From an uncultured Candidatus Rokubacteria bacterium (GTDB lineage: Bacteria; Methylomirabilota; Methylomirabilia; Rokubacteriales; DASRDR01), in NCBI GenBank assembly GCA_963708025.1, contig CAVPSB010000023.1, positions 1 to 64,000 on the forward strand: 64,000 nucleotides of DNA. The letters are read 5' to 3'. This document shows positions 29,938 to 39,667 of the stretch, piece after piece; position 1 is the first letter of the stretch, and the number at the start of each line of letters is the position of its first letter. The notes beneath the pieces were generated by a model. That model worked only from the letters and a program-made list of their open reading frames with translations, was not told the DNA's origin and searched no databases. The translations under genes and the position numbers were made by a program.

Positions 29938-29975
29938 CCGGGGGCCGCGCTCCGCCCGGCCGATGGAGGAGGGAC

Positions 29976-31334
29976 ATGCTCGAGCGCGTCTTCAAGCTCC
30001 GGGAGCACGGCACGACGGTCGGGACCGAGGTCCTGGCCGGGGTCACCACCTTCATGGTCATGGCCTACATCATCTTCGTGAACCCCGCGATCCTCTCCTT
30101 CGCCAGCGTGCCGGCCCTCCAGGGACAGGGGCCGCCGTTCCCGGCGACCCTGGCCGCCACCTGCCTGGTGGCCGCGCTCATGACGGCGGCGATGGGCCTC
30201 TTCACCAACTATCCGCTGGCGATCGCCTCCGGGATGGGGCTGAACGCGGTGGTCGCCTTCCAGCTCGTCGCCGGGCAGAAGCTTCCGTGGCCGGCCGCCA
30301 TGGGCGTCATCTTCCTCGAGGGCGTCGCCATCACCGTCCTGGTCCTGACGGGCTTCCGCGAAGCGGTGATGAACGCCATCCCGATGTCGCAGAAGCGGGC
30401 GATCTCGGTCGGCATCGGGCTCTTCATCCTCCTGATCGGCCTCGTCAACGCCGGGATCGTCAAGCCGGGCACCGGGGTCCTGGTCGCGCTGGGGGCGCTG
30501 ACCAGCGCGAAGGTCGCGGTGGCGGTGGCCGGGCTCTTCCTCACCCTGCTGCTGCTCGCCCTCCAGGTCCGGGGCGCCTTGCTGCTGGGCATCGTCGCCA
30601 CGACCGTCCTCGCCGTCGTGGTCAACGGACTGGGGGGCGGGAAGGTCTGGACCCTCCCGGGGGTCGCCGTCATCCCGAGCGGGGTCGTCGCCTGGCCGGA
30701 CTTCTCGACGGTGGGCGCCGGCCTGAACGTCGAGGTGTTCGCCCGGATCGGCGTGCTGGCCGCCCTGCTGACGATCTTCTCGATCATGCTCTCCGACTTC
30801 TTCGACACGATGGGCACCGTGATCGGCATCGGGGCCGAGGCCGGCTGGCTCGATCGCGAGGGCCGGCTGCCACGGCTCAACCGCGTGCTGCTCGTCGACT
30901 CCCTGGGGGCCGTGGTGGGCGGCGTGGCGGGCGCCTCCTCGGCCACCACCTACATCGAGTCCGCGGCCGGGGTGGCGGTCGGTGGCCGGACCGGGCTGAC
31001 CGCGTGCGTCGTCGCGGCCGGCTTCGCGCTGGCGCTGTTCCTGGCCCCGCTGGCCGGCGTGGTCCCGCCCGAGGCCACCGCGGCCGCGCTGGTCCTGGTC
31101 GGGTACCTGATGTGCACCCTGGTCCGGGAGATCCCGTTCGGGGACCTCGACGAGGGCTTTCCCGCCCTTCTCACGATGACGCTGATGCCGTTCACCTACT
31201 CGATCACCAACGGCATCGGGGCCGGGTTCGTCAGCTACGCGTTCATCAAGCTCGTGCGGGGCAAGGGCGCCGAGGTGCACCCGATGATGTACGCCACCGC
31301 CGCGGCGTTCGTTCTCTACTTCGTCCTCCACTAG
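29976..31334 (+). CDS. NCS2/AzgA-family purine permease
   Basis: EVLAGVTTF, GMGLNA, DFFDTMGT, TTYIESAAG, MPFTYSI motifs. Confidence 0.9.
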   Translation: MLERVFKLREHGTTVGTEVLAGVTTFMVMAYIIFVNPAILSFASVPALQGQGPPFPATLAATCLVAALMTAAMGLFTNYPLAIASGMGLNAVVAFQLVAGQKLPWPAAMGVIFLEGVAITVLVLTGFREAVMNAIPMSQKRAISVGIGLFILLIGLVNAGIVKPGTGVLVALGALTSAKVAVAVAGLFLTLLLLALQVRGALLLGIVATTVLAVVVNGLGGGKVWTLPGVAVIPSGVVAWPDFSTVGAGLNVEVFARIGVLAALLTIFSIMLSDFFDTMGTVIGIGAEAGWLDREGRLPRLNRVLLVDSLGAVVGGVAGASSATTYIESAAGVAVGGRTGLTACVVAAGFALALFLAPLAGVVPPEATAAALVLVGYLMCTLVREIPFGDLDEGFPALLTMTLMPFTYSITNGIGAGFVSYAFIKLVRGKGAEVHPMMYATAAAFVLYFVLH

Positions 31335-31339
31335 GATTT

Positions 31340-31465
31340 TCGGGGGGGTCTCGGAAGACCCCCCCGATGCCGCCCCTTCCGGAGGCCGCGGCGAAGCCGC
31401 GGCTCGAAGTGGAACGCCCCGGCCGCGCGGCCGGACCCAGAGGGTTGCGAGAGGCCAACGCGCGG
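31340..31465 (+). repeat. Family C hairpin repeat, copy 1
   Basis: TCGGGGGGGTCT-CGGA-AGACCCCCCCGA plus CCGCGGC..GCCGCGG; recurs at 63301. Confidence 0.8.
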
Positions 31466-31569
31466 TGGGAAGGGGAGTCGACCCCATTTGGTTCATGACC
31501 GCTGAACGCCGGCTCCCGGGGTCCCGTCGCGTGACGAGGGCGCGGACCGTATGATACCCTGGATGGGCC

Positions 31570-33468
31570 ATGGCCATGATGACGTGGATGCGCCGCACCT
31601 CGAAATACTTCCTCATCGTGGTGGTGCTCACCTTCATCGCGAGCCTCGCCTACTTCGGGGCCACCCAGGAGAAGTCGAACCCGACCGTCGTCGCCACCAT
31701 CAACGGCGAAGACATCTCGGCTGCCGCCTACGATCGCGTGTACCGGCAGACGGTCGAGCAGTACCGGCAGGTCCTGCGGGACCGCTTCAGCGAGGACCTG
31801 CTCCGCTCGCTCCGCGTCCAGGACCAGGTGCTCGACCGGCTGGTGAGCGAGCGGCTGATGGCCCAGCGGGCGGCGGCCGAGGGCATCGGCGTCTCCGACG
31901 AGGAGCTGAGCGAGGAGATCGTCAAGATCGGGGCCTTCCAGGCGAACGGACAGTTCTCGCGCGAGCAGTACCAGCGCGTGCTGGCCCGGGCCGGCCTCAC
32001 CCCGACGGCCTTCGAGCAGGACGTCCGCGCCCAGCTCCTGCAGCGGAAGCTCCAGGGCCTCGTCACCGACGGCGTCAAGGTCTCGGAGGCGGAGGTCCGC
32101 CAGCACTGGGAGGCCCGCCAGGCCCGGGTCCGGGTGGCCTACCTCGCGGTGTCCCCGGACGCGCTCCTGTCCGGCGTGGAGGTCACCGACGCCGATCTGG
32201 AGAAGTACCACAAGGAACACCCGGCCGAGTTCACGCGCCCCGAGCGGCGGCGGGTCCTGGCGGCGGTCCTGCCGACGCTGAGCGTGCCGTTCCCCCAGAT
32301 CAGCGAGGCCGACGTGGAGACGGCCTACCAGGAGCGCCTCCGCGAGTTCGAGCAGCCGGAGCGGCGGCGCGTGGCCCACGTCCTGGTCCGGGTGCCGAGT
32401 GTCGGCGGCGGCGCGGCGGAGGAGGGGGCCAAGGCCAAGGCCGAGGCGGCGCTCGCGCGCATCAAGGGGGGCGCCGACTTCGCCCAGGTCGCGCGCGAGG
32501 TGTCGGAGGACCAGGCGACGGCGTTGCGGGGCGGTGAGCTCGGCGTCGTGACCCGGGGCGAGATGCTGGCGCCGTTCGAGGAGCTGGCCTTCGGCCTCAA
32601 GCAAGGGGAGATCGGCGGGCCGGTCCGGACGGCCTACGGCTACCACGTGGTGAAGGTCCTCGAGCTCATGCCGGCGTCGAAGAAGGAGCTCAAGGAGGTG
32701 GCGCCCACCATCCGGGCGGGCCTGGCCGCCGAGGGGCAGCTCCGGGCGCTCCGCCAGAAGGCCGACGAGGTCCAGCAGGGGCTGCTCAAGGCCGGGGACT
32801 TCGCCGCCGAGGCGCGACGGCTCGGGCTGACGGTGCGGGAGATCGGCCCCTTCGCCCGCACCGACGCGGTGGAGGGGATCGGTCGGGTGGCCGAGGCGAC
32901 GACCGCCATCTTCGACCTGCCGGCCGGCGGGGTGAGCGCCCCGGTCAAGATCCCGGACGGGTACGTGGTCTTCCGCCTGCTCGAGAAGGAGGAGCCGAAG
33001 CTCCTGCCGCTTGCCGAGGTCCGGAGTCAGGTGACCCAGGCCGTGCGGCGCGGCAAGGCCCAGGAGGCGGCCCAGGCGAAGGCCAAGCAACTCGCCGACG
33101 CCCTGCGGGCCGGCCAGGAGCCGCGGAGCCTGGCCAAGCGCGACGAGGTGACCTTCGGCGAGACCGACGCCTTCTCGCGGGCCGCGCCGCTCGCCGACAA
33201 GGACGTCGGGTCCGCGGTCTCGGCCCTGGCGCTGGACCTGCCCGAGGGCGGCGTGGGCGGCCCGGTCGCCGGGCCCAAGGGACTGTACGTCGTCAAGGTG
33301 GTCAGCCGCGAGCGACCGGATCCGGCGGGGTTCGAGGGCGCGCGCCGCGACCTCGAGCGGCAGCTTCTCGAGCAGAAGCGGGGCCAGGCCTGGCAGGCCT
33401 GGATGTCCTCTCTGCGCGCCGGCGCGAAGATCGAGATCAATCGGAAGGTCCTGCCCCAGCAGAGCTAA
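31570..33468 (+). CDS. ppiD: PpiD/SurA-type periplasmic chaperone with parvulin domain
   Basis: N-terminal TM anchor; VATINGEDI, AHVLV, GADFAQVAREVSED, GGELG, YGYHVVKV motifs. Confidence 0.85.
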   Translation: MAMMTWMRRTSKYFLIVVVLTFIASLAYFGATQEKSNPTVVATINGEDISAAAYDRVYRQTVEQYRQVLRDRFSEDLLRSLRVQDQVLDRLVSERLMAQRAAAEGIGVSDEELSEEIVKIGAFQANGQFSREQYQRVLARAGLTPTAFEQDVRAQLLQRKLQGLVTDGVKVSEAEVRQHWEARQARVRVAYLAVSPDALLSGVEVTDADLEKYHKEHPAEFTRPERRRVLAAVLPTLSVPFPQISEADVETAYQERLREFEQPERRRVAHVLVRVPSVGGGAAEEGAKAKAEAALARIKGGADFAQVAREVSEDQATALRGGELGVVTRGEMLAPFEELAFGLKQGEIGGPVRTAYGYHVVKVLELMPASKKELKEVAPTIRAGLAAEGQLRALRQKADEVQQGLLKAGDFAAEARRLGLTVREIGPFARTDAVEGIGRVAEATTAIFDLPAGGVSAPVKIPDGYVVFRLLEKEEPKLLPLAEVRSQVTQAVRRGKAQEAAQAKAKQLADALRAGQEPRSLAKRDEVTFGETDAFSRAAPLADKDVGSAVSALALDLPEGGVGGPVAGPKGLYVVKVVSRERPDPAGFEGARRDLERQLLEQKRGQAWQAWMSSLRAGAKIEINRKVLPQQS

Positions 33469-33475
33469 CCGCCGT

Positions 33476-33652
33476 GCCGATAACCGTCGCATCGTCCCTC
33501 CCGGCCGGGACGCGCTCGGCCTGCGGCCTCGCGGCCTACTGGCGTCCTCGGCCGGTGCTCATCCTCGACGTACAGAGGCGTACGTCTCCGGTGGGCACCG
33601 GCCTGCGTCGTCGGGACGGCCTCCGGCCTGTGGGGCCTGCTCGGTTCTCGGC
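33476..33652 (+). repeat. Family B structured repeat, diverged copy 3
   Basis: GCCGA-T-AACCG-TCGCATC ... TGCT-CGGTT-C-TCGGC; inner GACGTAC..GTACGTC. Confidence 0.75.
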
Positions 33653-33678
33653 CTGGCGGAGGTAGCGCGGCCTCGGCC

Positions 33679-34086
33679 GTGCGACTGAAGAAGGCCTACG
33701 CGGAGTTCGTCGCGCGGGCCCGGGTCGTCCGTGTCGCGACGGCCGACGCGCAGGGCCTGCCCCACGTGGTGCCGGTCTGTGCCGTCGTGGACGGCGACCG
33801 GCTCTGGTTCGGCAGCGGCGACGACGCCCGCAAGGTGCGAAACCTCCGCGCCAACCCCCGGGTGACCGTCGTGGCCGACGACTACAGCGAGGCCTGGGAG
33901 GGCCTCCGAGGCGTGATGGTCGCCGGCACCGCGACCATCCACGCCCGCGGGCCGCGCTTCCGCCGGGCCCGCAAGCTCCTGTACGCGAAGTACCCGCAGT
34001 ACCCGACCGACGCTGCCCTCGACGAGGGCGACTCCGCGATCGTGGAAGTCACGCCGACCCACGTCTTCGCCTGGGGCTTCGACTGA
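33679..34086 (+). CDS. Pyridoxamine 5'-phosphate oxidase-like (split beta-barrel) protein
   Basis: VATADAQGLPHVVPV, KVRNLRANPRV motifs. Confidence 0.8.
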   Translation: MRLKKAYAEFVARARVVRVATADAQGLPHVVPVCAVVDGDRLWFGSGDDARKVRNLRANPRVTVVADDYSEAWEGLRGVMVAGTATIHARGPRFRRARKLLYAKYPQYPTDAALDEGDSAIVEVTPTHVFAWGFD

Positions 34087-34155
34087 GAGCGTGTGAAGGG
34101 ATAGGGTCCTCCGGCACCCCCCTCCCCCCGGTGGGGGTGGGTGGGAGGTCCCCAA
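34087..34155 (+). repeat. Family A repeat (short form)
   Basis: AGCGTGTGA...CCCCCTCCCCCCGGTGGGGG...GGGAGG. Confidence 0.75.
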
Positions 34156-34176
34156 ATGATCCCTGAAGGGGAGCCA

Positions 34177-35292
34177 ATGGCGCGACCCGGCGGGTACACC
34201 TATCGCGCGGCCGGGGTCTCGACCAACGCGGAGCTGGGTCTCGCCGCCCTGCTGAAGTGGATCCAGCCCACGCTGGAGTTCCGGCGCGACACGGGCATCG
34301 GCCGGTCGGTCCTGGACATCGGGTACTTCGCCAACGTCATCGACCTCGGCCGGGGCCTCGGCCTGGCGCTGTCCACGGACGGCGTCGGCACCAAGGTGCT
34401 GGTGGCCGAGATGCTCGGTCGCTACGACACGATCGGGATCGACTGCGTCGCGATGAACGTCAACGACGTGATCTGCGTCGGCGCCGAGCCGATCGCCATG
34501 CTCGACTACATCGCCGTCGAGGCCGCCCGGCCCGACATGCTCGAGGCCATCGGGCGTGGGCTGCACGAGGGCGCGAAGCGGGCCGGGGTCAGCATCGTCG
34601 GCGGGGAGATCTCCCAGGTCAAGGAGATCATCCGGGGGGAGCGGGAAGGGGAAGGGCTCGACCTGGTCGGGATGTGCGTCGGGGTCGTCCCCCTCGACGA
34701 GGTGAACGTCGGCCGGGCCGTGAGGCCGGGCGACGTGCTCATCGGGCTGCGGAGCAGCGGCATCCACTGCAACGGCCTGACGCTGGCACGGAAGGCCCTG
34801 TTCCAGGCGGGAGGCCTGAAGCCGGACACGCACGTGCCGGAGCTCGGCCGGACGGTCGGCGAGGAGCTGCTGGAGCCCACCCGCATCTACGTCCCCGAAG
34901 TGCTGGACCTGCTCCGCCAGCGGCTGCCGATCCGGGCGCTCGTCAACATCACGGGTGACGGGCTCCTCAACCTGGCCCGGATCGACGCGCCGACCGGCTA
35001 CCGGATCGACGCCCTGCCCGCGCCGCCGCCGATCTTCGAGCTGATCCGCCGGGCCGGCCGGATCGACGATGCCGAGATGTACCGGGTGTTCAACATGGGC
35101 ATCGGCTTCTGCCTCGTCGTCCCGGCTGAGGCCGGCGTCGTGGCCACGGTCCACGAGACCGTCCGGCGCCACGGCGGCGAGAGCTTCGAGCTGGGCCGGG
35201 TCGTCGATGATCCCGAGCGCCGCGTCGCCCTGACCGAGAAGCGGCTCATCGGCCGAGCCGACCGCTTCCAGGAGGCGTCGAGCCCGCTCTGA
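34177..35292 (+). CDS. purM: Phosphoribosylformylglycinamidine cyclo-ligase (alternative in-frame ATG at 34156)
   Basis: YRAAGV, TDGVGTK, DCVAMNVND, SSGIHCNG, FNMGIG motifs. Confidence 0.93.
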   Translation: MARPGGYTYRAAGVSTNAELGLAALLKWIQPTLEFRRDTGIGRSVLDIGYFANVIDLGRGLGLALSTDGVGTKVLVAEMLGRYDTIGIDCVAMNVNDVICVGAEPIAMLDYIAVEAARPDMLEAIGRGLHEGAKRAGVSIVGGEISQVKEIIRGEREGEGLDLVGMCVGVVPLDEVNVGRAVRPGDVLIGLRSSGIHCNGLTLARKALFQAGGLKPDTHVPELGRTVGEELLEPTRIYVPEVLDLLRQRLPIRALVNITGDGLLNLARIDAPTGYRIDALPAPPPIFELIRRAGRIDDAEMYRVFNMGIGFCLVVPAEAGVVATVHETVRRHGGESFELGRVVDDPERRVALTEKRLIGRADRFQEASSPL

Positions 35293-35349
35293 TCTGACGA
35301 ATCGCCCAGGCCTCCTGGGTCGGACCAGGCATGCCGGCCAGCATCGTGG

Positions 35350-36216
35350 TCAAGCCGCCGCTTCAAATCCTGACTTGAACTGAGCCAACAATTCGGTCGC
35401 TTCGGCAATCGGATCCGTGCCAGTCAGTCCTCGTGCCACATCTCTGACGAGGCGACGCGTCCACGCCGATTCGTTGACCAGGACGAGAATCTGTCTACGG
35501 GTTGTGGGTGCAGCAATCCGCCCGGCATCCATACCCAGGAGCCGCGCGCCGCCAAGCTCGACGTCGAAGTCCATGACCGCGAGGTCAATCTCCGCCCCAT
35601 ACAATCGATCCTCGTTGCCGGCATCGTGGTACGTGCGTAGCAGCGTCGCGAGATCGATCGCATCGCGTGGATCGTTGACTCCTCGATCTGCCCACGCGAC
35701 AAGCTTCATTAGCGCGAGCCCAGGCAACGAGGCCACACGAACGACAATGCCTGGAGCCACTTCCACGAGGACTGCGGCCGTGAGGGCCTCGCCGTATCCT
35801 GCCACGTTCATGAGTACCGATCCATCTGGCGGCCAGGCGATGGTGGTCTGGGGTTGCTCAACGCCTCCGAATGGAATCAGATCCAGCGGATATCCCCTTC
35901 GCCCTGAGGAAGGTTGGAGTCGGTGAGCCCGCGTCTTGTCTGGTTCGAACGCGCCCGATGCTACGAGGCACGCCTTGATCGCCTCGAATTGTGACCACCC
36001 ACTCACGACCACTCCGAAATCCATGTCATGGGTCGCGCGGTCGGTGACAAGCCCGAAGACACCATTGAGAATGATCTGCCGCGCCATCGCGCCAACCACG
36101 AAGTAGTCGAACTCGAGGTCTCGCGCAATGGTACTTAGCCACTGGAGGGCTTCCACAGTCAACTCGTCGAGGTGGCGCTCACGCGCGACGGAGAACAAGC
36201 TCGACCTGTTCTTCAC
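35350..36216 (-). CDS. AbiEii/AbiGii-family nucleotidyltransferase toxin
   Basis: VVGAMAR, RATHDMDF, DLIPFG, MKLVAWADR, RDAIDL motifs; overlaps the upstream antitoxin. Confidence 0.8.
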   Translation of the reverse strand: MKNRSSLFSVARERHLDELTVEALQWLSTIARDLEFDYFVVGAMARQIILNGVFGLVTDRATHDMDFGVVVSGWSQFEAIKACLVASGAFEPDKTRAHRLQPSSGRRGYPLDLIPFGGVEQPQTTIAWPPDGSVLMNVAGYGEALTAAVLVEVAPGIVVRVASLPGLALMKLVAWADRGVNDPRDAIDLATLLRTYHDAGNEDRLYGAEIDLAVMDFDVELGGARLLGMDAGRIAAPTTRRQILVLVNESAWTRRLVRDVARGLTGTDPIAEATELLAQFKSGFEAAA

Positions 36217-37258
36217 GGATCAGCTTCGCAATCTCCAGATTGCGTGGATCTAGCGTAGCCATGAGGTCTGCGTAGATGAGGAGCGGCGGCACAAGGTCTG
36301 GCCGCTGTGGATCTCCAGGGAAGTTCCAAAATCTGTCGAGGACTTCAACCTCGCCTTCGGGATCGGCGCGGAGCCGGTGGTCCTTCACGAGCTTGGTGAT
36401 TCGTTCGCGCGCCACTGCAGGATCGATGTAGATCGTGCAGGCGGCCGGCTTGAGATGCCCAGTGAGCTTGGTCCCGCCGACCTCGCCGCCCCAGAGCGCC
36501 CCATCGGTCAGGCGGGCATTCTTCCACCAGTCCGGCTCAAGGGCTCGGAATCGGCGCTGATTGAGTTTCGGGCGTAGCTTGATCGGGTAGTTGGTGACCC
36601 ATTCATCGAGCAGCCGTCCCGGCTCCAGCAAACGGCGGTTTCGAGTTCGCTTGCCTCCTATGATGTAGCCCCTGCGTTGGAGGTCGAAGAGAACCCAGCC
36701 TACGGCGCCGAGCGCAACGCCTGCGGCGCCGACGATCTCGCGGTAAGGCGCGTTGAGGAGCTCGGGCTTGCAGAGTAGTGCGAAGATGACTCGCAGCGCC
36801 GTTGCGTTGGCCGTGCCTCGAGTCTGCAAGTAGGTCGCCACCGGGCCATGCGGGCGCTCTCCGCGGATGTAGATGTACAGCCCGGGAACGCGGAGATAGG
36901 CATTCCCGACTGTGTCGAGGAACTGAAGGTCGATGTCCCGACAGCGGGCTGCGAGGTCGGGCGTGATATAGGGTGCGACGAGCACTCCTCGCCTGCCCAG
37001 GGGTTTGAGTCGATGCTTGACAGCGGCGAGGGCCACCGCTCGGTCGATGGCTTTGATCTCGACGAGGAAGCGTACTCGCTTTCCAAGCCCTTCGATGTCC
37101 ATCGCCGCGTCCGGCCGCACGTCATCCCGGACCTTGGGTTTCATGGCGCCGAGGCCAGCCTTGAGCCCAGTGATGCGCCTGAATGCGGCAAGCGCATTCT
37201 CCAGGAGCCTGTCTTGCCACTCTCGTGGACGCGCGGCTCGGTGCTTGGTACGCTTCAT
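36179..37258 (-). CDS. Type IV TA AbiEi-family antitoxin / transcriptional regulator
   Basis: FLDTVGNAYL, HTH-like YREIVGAAGVALGAV, WGGEVG, VPPLLIYADL...DPRNLE motifs. Confidence 0.8.
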   Translation of the reverse strand: MKRTKHRAARPREWQDRLLENALAAFRRITGLKAGLGAMKPKVRDDVRPDAAMDIEGLGKRVRFLVEIKAIDRAVALAAVKHRLKPLGRRGVLVAPYITPDLAARCRDIDLQFLDTVGNAYLRVPGLYIYIRGERPHGPVATYLQTRGTANATALRVIFALLCKPELLNAPYREIVGAAGVALGAVGWVLFDLQRRGYIIGGKRTRNRRLLEPGRLLDEWVTNYPIKLRPKLNQRRFRALEPDWWKNARLTDGALWGGEVGGTKLTGHLKPAACTIYIDPAVARERITKLVKDHRLRADPEGEVEVLDRFWNFPGDPQRPDLVPPLLIYADLMATLDPRNLEIAKLIREEQVELVLRRA

Positions 37259-37259
37259 C

Positions 37260-37365
37260 TGTTCATCTCGGCTCAGTTGTTCACGTAACGTGAACAGGAC
37301 CGATGTTCACTGTTCACGATGCCCTCATCGTACACGTAACGTGAACAGCAGGGAAGCGCTGAACA
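37260..37365. promoter_or_regulatory. Operator-like palindromes upstream of the antitoxin
   Basis: TGTTCACGT-A-ACGTGAACA (37278-37296), near-copy at 37329-37347, and extra TGTTCA/TGAACA half-sites. Confidence 0.7.
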
Positions 37366-37916
37366 AGGATCGGCCGCGACCGATCGAATCTCTGGCGGCT
37401 GCGGGTGTCTACGAGCGTAGACACGGAAGGGATGCCCCCAAGGCCAAAATGCCGCGCGGGCAGGGCTCCTCAACGCGTGGGGTAGGGCCGGCACTCGTAG
37501 GGTTGCCATCACTTGGGGCGGAAGTCTGGAAAGAGGCCAGGCGGCCACCCCGACACTCTCGCGGCATACCCTGTCGGACATGCTTCACGGGGTTTCGGTT
37601 GGCAGGGTCGTCGTGTGGTTTTGGCTTCTGGGCGCCAAAGTTTTCGCTGTAAACTCGACTAAACACGCGACGAGTAGACGCGGCTGACCCTGTGAGCCAC
37701 AAGGGGGTTTCGGGAGCCTTTCGGTAGTCAAACCGGACAGGGGATGCTGGACGTAAGCGCACAGTAAATAAAGCTCTTCCAGCCGTAGGGCAATCGCGTC
37801 TGGCGCGTCTTTGCTTGCTCCGCCCCGTCCGCGCCCACCTCTTCCCCCGGCGCATTCCCGACGGGCTGGTCCCGGCGCCGGTGATCCTGGCGGGTTGGCC
37901 ATGCCCTCAACCGCGC

Positions 37917-38501
37917 CTACTGCTGGTAGCCGAAGAGGCGCCAGACGCCGCTCTCGCGGCGGGCGATCTCCAGCTCCCGCTCCCACCAGAAGAGCGAGAT
38001 CCACTGGCCGATGAAGGGCAGCCGACCTGACATCTCCCCGGTCGAGTAGACCCAGGCCTGGTCGCCGACCAGGCGGACCTCGTCGACCCGGACCTGCGCC
38101 CGCATGGCGTCGTAGATCCCGAACATGGCGGCGAGCTGGTTGCGGAGGGCCGCCTTGGTCAGCGGCCCGGTGCGGTACTGCTCGGAGATGTGGGCGAGCA
38201 CGCCGTGCAGGTCCCGGGCCTCGAAGCGCTGGATCGCGGTGCCGAGCGTGGCCCGCAGCTCGGCGACGACCTGGGGGGGCGCCGCGACTCCGGGGGCCGC
38301 AGGGGTCGAGGGCGCCGGGGCGGGCGGCGCCGGGCTCGGGGCCGGCGCGGCGGAGGGGCGACCTGGCGTCGCGGGGGGACGCCCCGGCGCGGCAGCCGGC
38401 GGGACCGGAGGCGGGGGCGGGGGCGCGACCTGGGCCAGGGCGAGGCCAGTGACCAGCACGAGCGCGGCCGCGGCGCCGAGCCCGACCTGCCGCCCCGTCA
38501 C
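37917..38501 (-). CDS. Secreted Pro/Ala-rich protein with NTF2/SnoaL-like domain
   Basis: GTG start overlaps the upstream TGA; signal peptide; Pro-rich linker; C-terminal ...RRESGVWRL. Confidence 0.6.
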   Translation of the reverse strand: MTGRQVGLGAAAALVLVTGLALAQVAPPPPPPVPPAAAPGRPPATPGRPSAAPAPSPAPPAPAPSTPAAPGVAAPPQVVAELRATLGTAIQRFEARDLHGVLAHISEQYRTGPLTKAALRNQLAAMFGIYDAMRAQVRVDEVRLVGDQAWVYSTGEMSGRLPFIGQWISLFWWERELEIARRESGVWRLFGYQQ

Positions 38502-39092
38502 CGTCGCCGCCCGTTGAGGGCTTCCTCGAGCCGCCGGCCGAGGACGGCCCGCAGCCGCCAGGTCGGGCGCCAGGCGAGGGCGCGGCGCGGCAGGCCGCGG
38601 AAGTCGTCGAAGAGCGAAGTACACCACCGGCGTGATCACGAGCGTGACCAGCAGGCAGAGCGCCTGGCCGCCGACCACCGCCACCGCGAGGGCGGCCCGG
38701 GAGGCGGAGCCGTCGCCCCGGCCCATCGCGACCGGCAGCATGCCGGCGATGATCGCGAGCGTCGACTTCGCCACGACTTCCTCCCAGGCGAGCAGGCTTC
38801 CCACCGTCTCCACGCTGCGCTGGACCGCCCGAGCCTCCACCGCGGCCGTCGTGATCCGGACGGCGGGTCGATCGGGCGTCCGGCCCGGTGGGCTGCTGCC
38901 GTTCTCCCGGCGCTCGGACTTCGCCTGGCTCGACTGACTGCAGGCGCCGAGGCCGAGGGCGAGCAGGAGCAGCACGGCGAGCGTGTGAACGAATCGCGTC
39001 CTCCGACTCCCCCCTCCCCCCAGTGGGCGGGGGAGGGGGGTTGGGGGGGTGGGCGGGAGGTCCCGAACGGTGATCGCGGCGCGGCCTCCCAT
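38498..39092 (-). pseudogene. Collapsed RND efflux locus: adaptor (MFP) N-terminus fused to permease C-terminus
   Basis: Lipoprotein LGAC...VQRSVETVGSL joined at ~38760 to TLAIIAGMLPVAMGRGDG...VVGGQALCLLVTLVITPVVY. Confidence 0.75.
38980..39068 (+). repeat. Family A repeat lying in frame inside the MFP N-terminus (gene on minus strand)
   Basis: Same AGCGTGTGA...GGGCGGGAGG architecture as the other copies. Confidence 0.8.
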
Positions 39093-39553
39093 CACCCCTC
39101 CGGGGTCGTGGCGGACACCAGGGCGTCGAGGCCGGCGATCAGCTTCCGGCGCTCGTCAACCGAGAGGCGGTCCAGGACGCCGGCCAGCCCGGCGATCTGC
39201 GCGCCTTCCAGCTCGCGTACGAGGGCGTCGCCCTCCCGCGTGAGCCGGAGCCGCGTGGCCCGGCGGTCCCGCGGGTCCTCCTCGCGGAGGAGGAAGCGCT
39301 TCTCGGCGACTCGATCGACCACCTGGCTGATCGCCGGCGGGGTCACCGCGTACGCCCGCGCCACCGCGCTCATCGGACAGCCCGGGTGCCGGTGGACGTA
39401 GAAGAGGACCTGCGCCTGCGCGTAGGTCAGCTCGAGCTCGAGGGCGCGCTTCCAGAGGATCGGGCGGAACGCCGAGGAGACCATCGCCTGCAGCAGCTCG
39501 AGGAGCCGCCGGGCATCGTCCTGCAAGGTGGGATGGCCAACCGCGCGGCCCAT
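39092..39553 (-). CDS. MarR-family transcriptional regulator
   Basis: [27 protein letters not shown]...LTREG motifs. Confidence 0.88.
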   Translation of the reverse strand: MGRAVGHPTLQDDARRLLELLQAMVSSAFRPILWKRALELELTYAQAQVLFYVHRHPGCPMSAVARAYAVTPPAISQVVDRVAEKRFLLREEDPRDRRATRLRLTREGDALVRELEGAQIAGLAGVLDRLSVDERRKLIAGLDALVSATTPEG

Positions 39554-39567
39554 GGGAGACCCACAAA

Positions 39568-39594
39568 GGTTAACAGTCTTAACCATCCTGTCAA
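39568..39594 (-). promoter_or_regulatory. marR promoter with overlapping palindromic operator
   Basis: GGTTAA-CAGTC-TTAACC within a minus-strand TTGACA-N16-TAACCT promoter. Confidence 0.65.
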
Positions 39595-39667
39595 GCAAGC
39601 CGCCGGATTCGCCGCCGGTCGGGGTCGGGTCGCTATAGTAGAATCGACCCCGAGAGGGACCGGATCG

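Noticed and set aside
37430-37810. Possible tmRNA, tRNA or small hydrophobic peptide (MLHGVSVGRVVVWFWLLGAK...) in the lower-GC spacer
   Set aside because: No tRNA-like ends, T-loop or tag reading frame was found. The peptide has no clear SD or other support.
37917-39095. 392-aa ORF as a novel fusion protein
   Set aside because: It resolves into an MFP start, an RND tail and a separate downstream gene joined by a deletion and a one-base indel.
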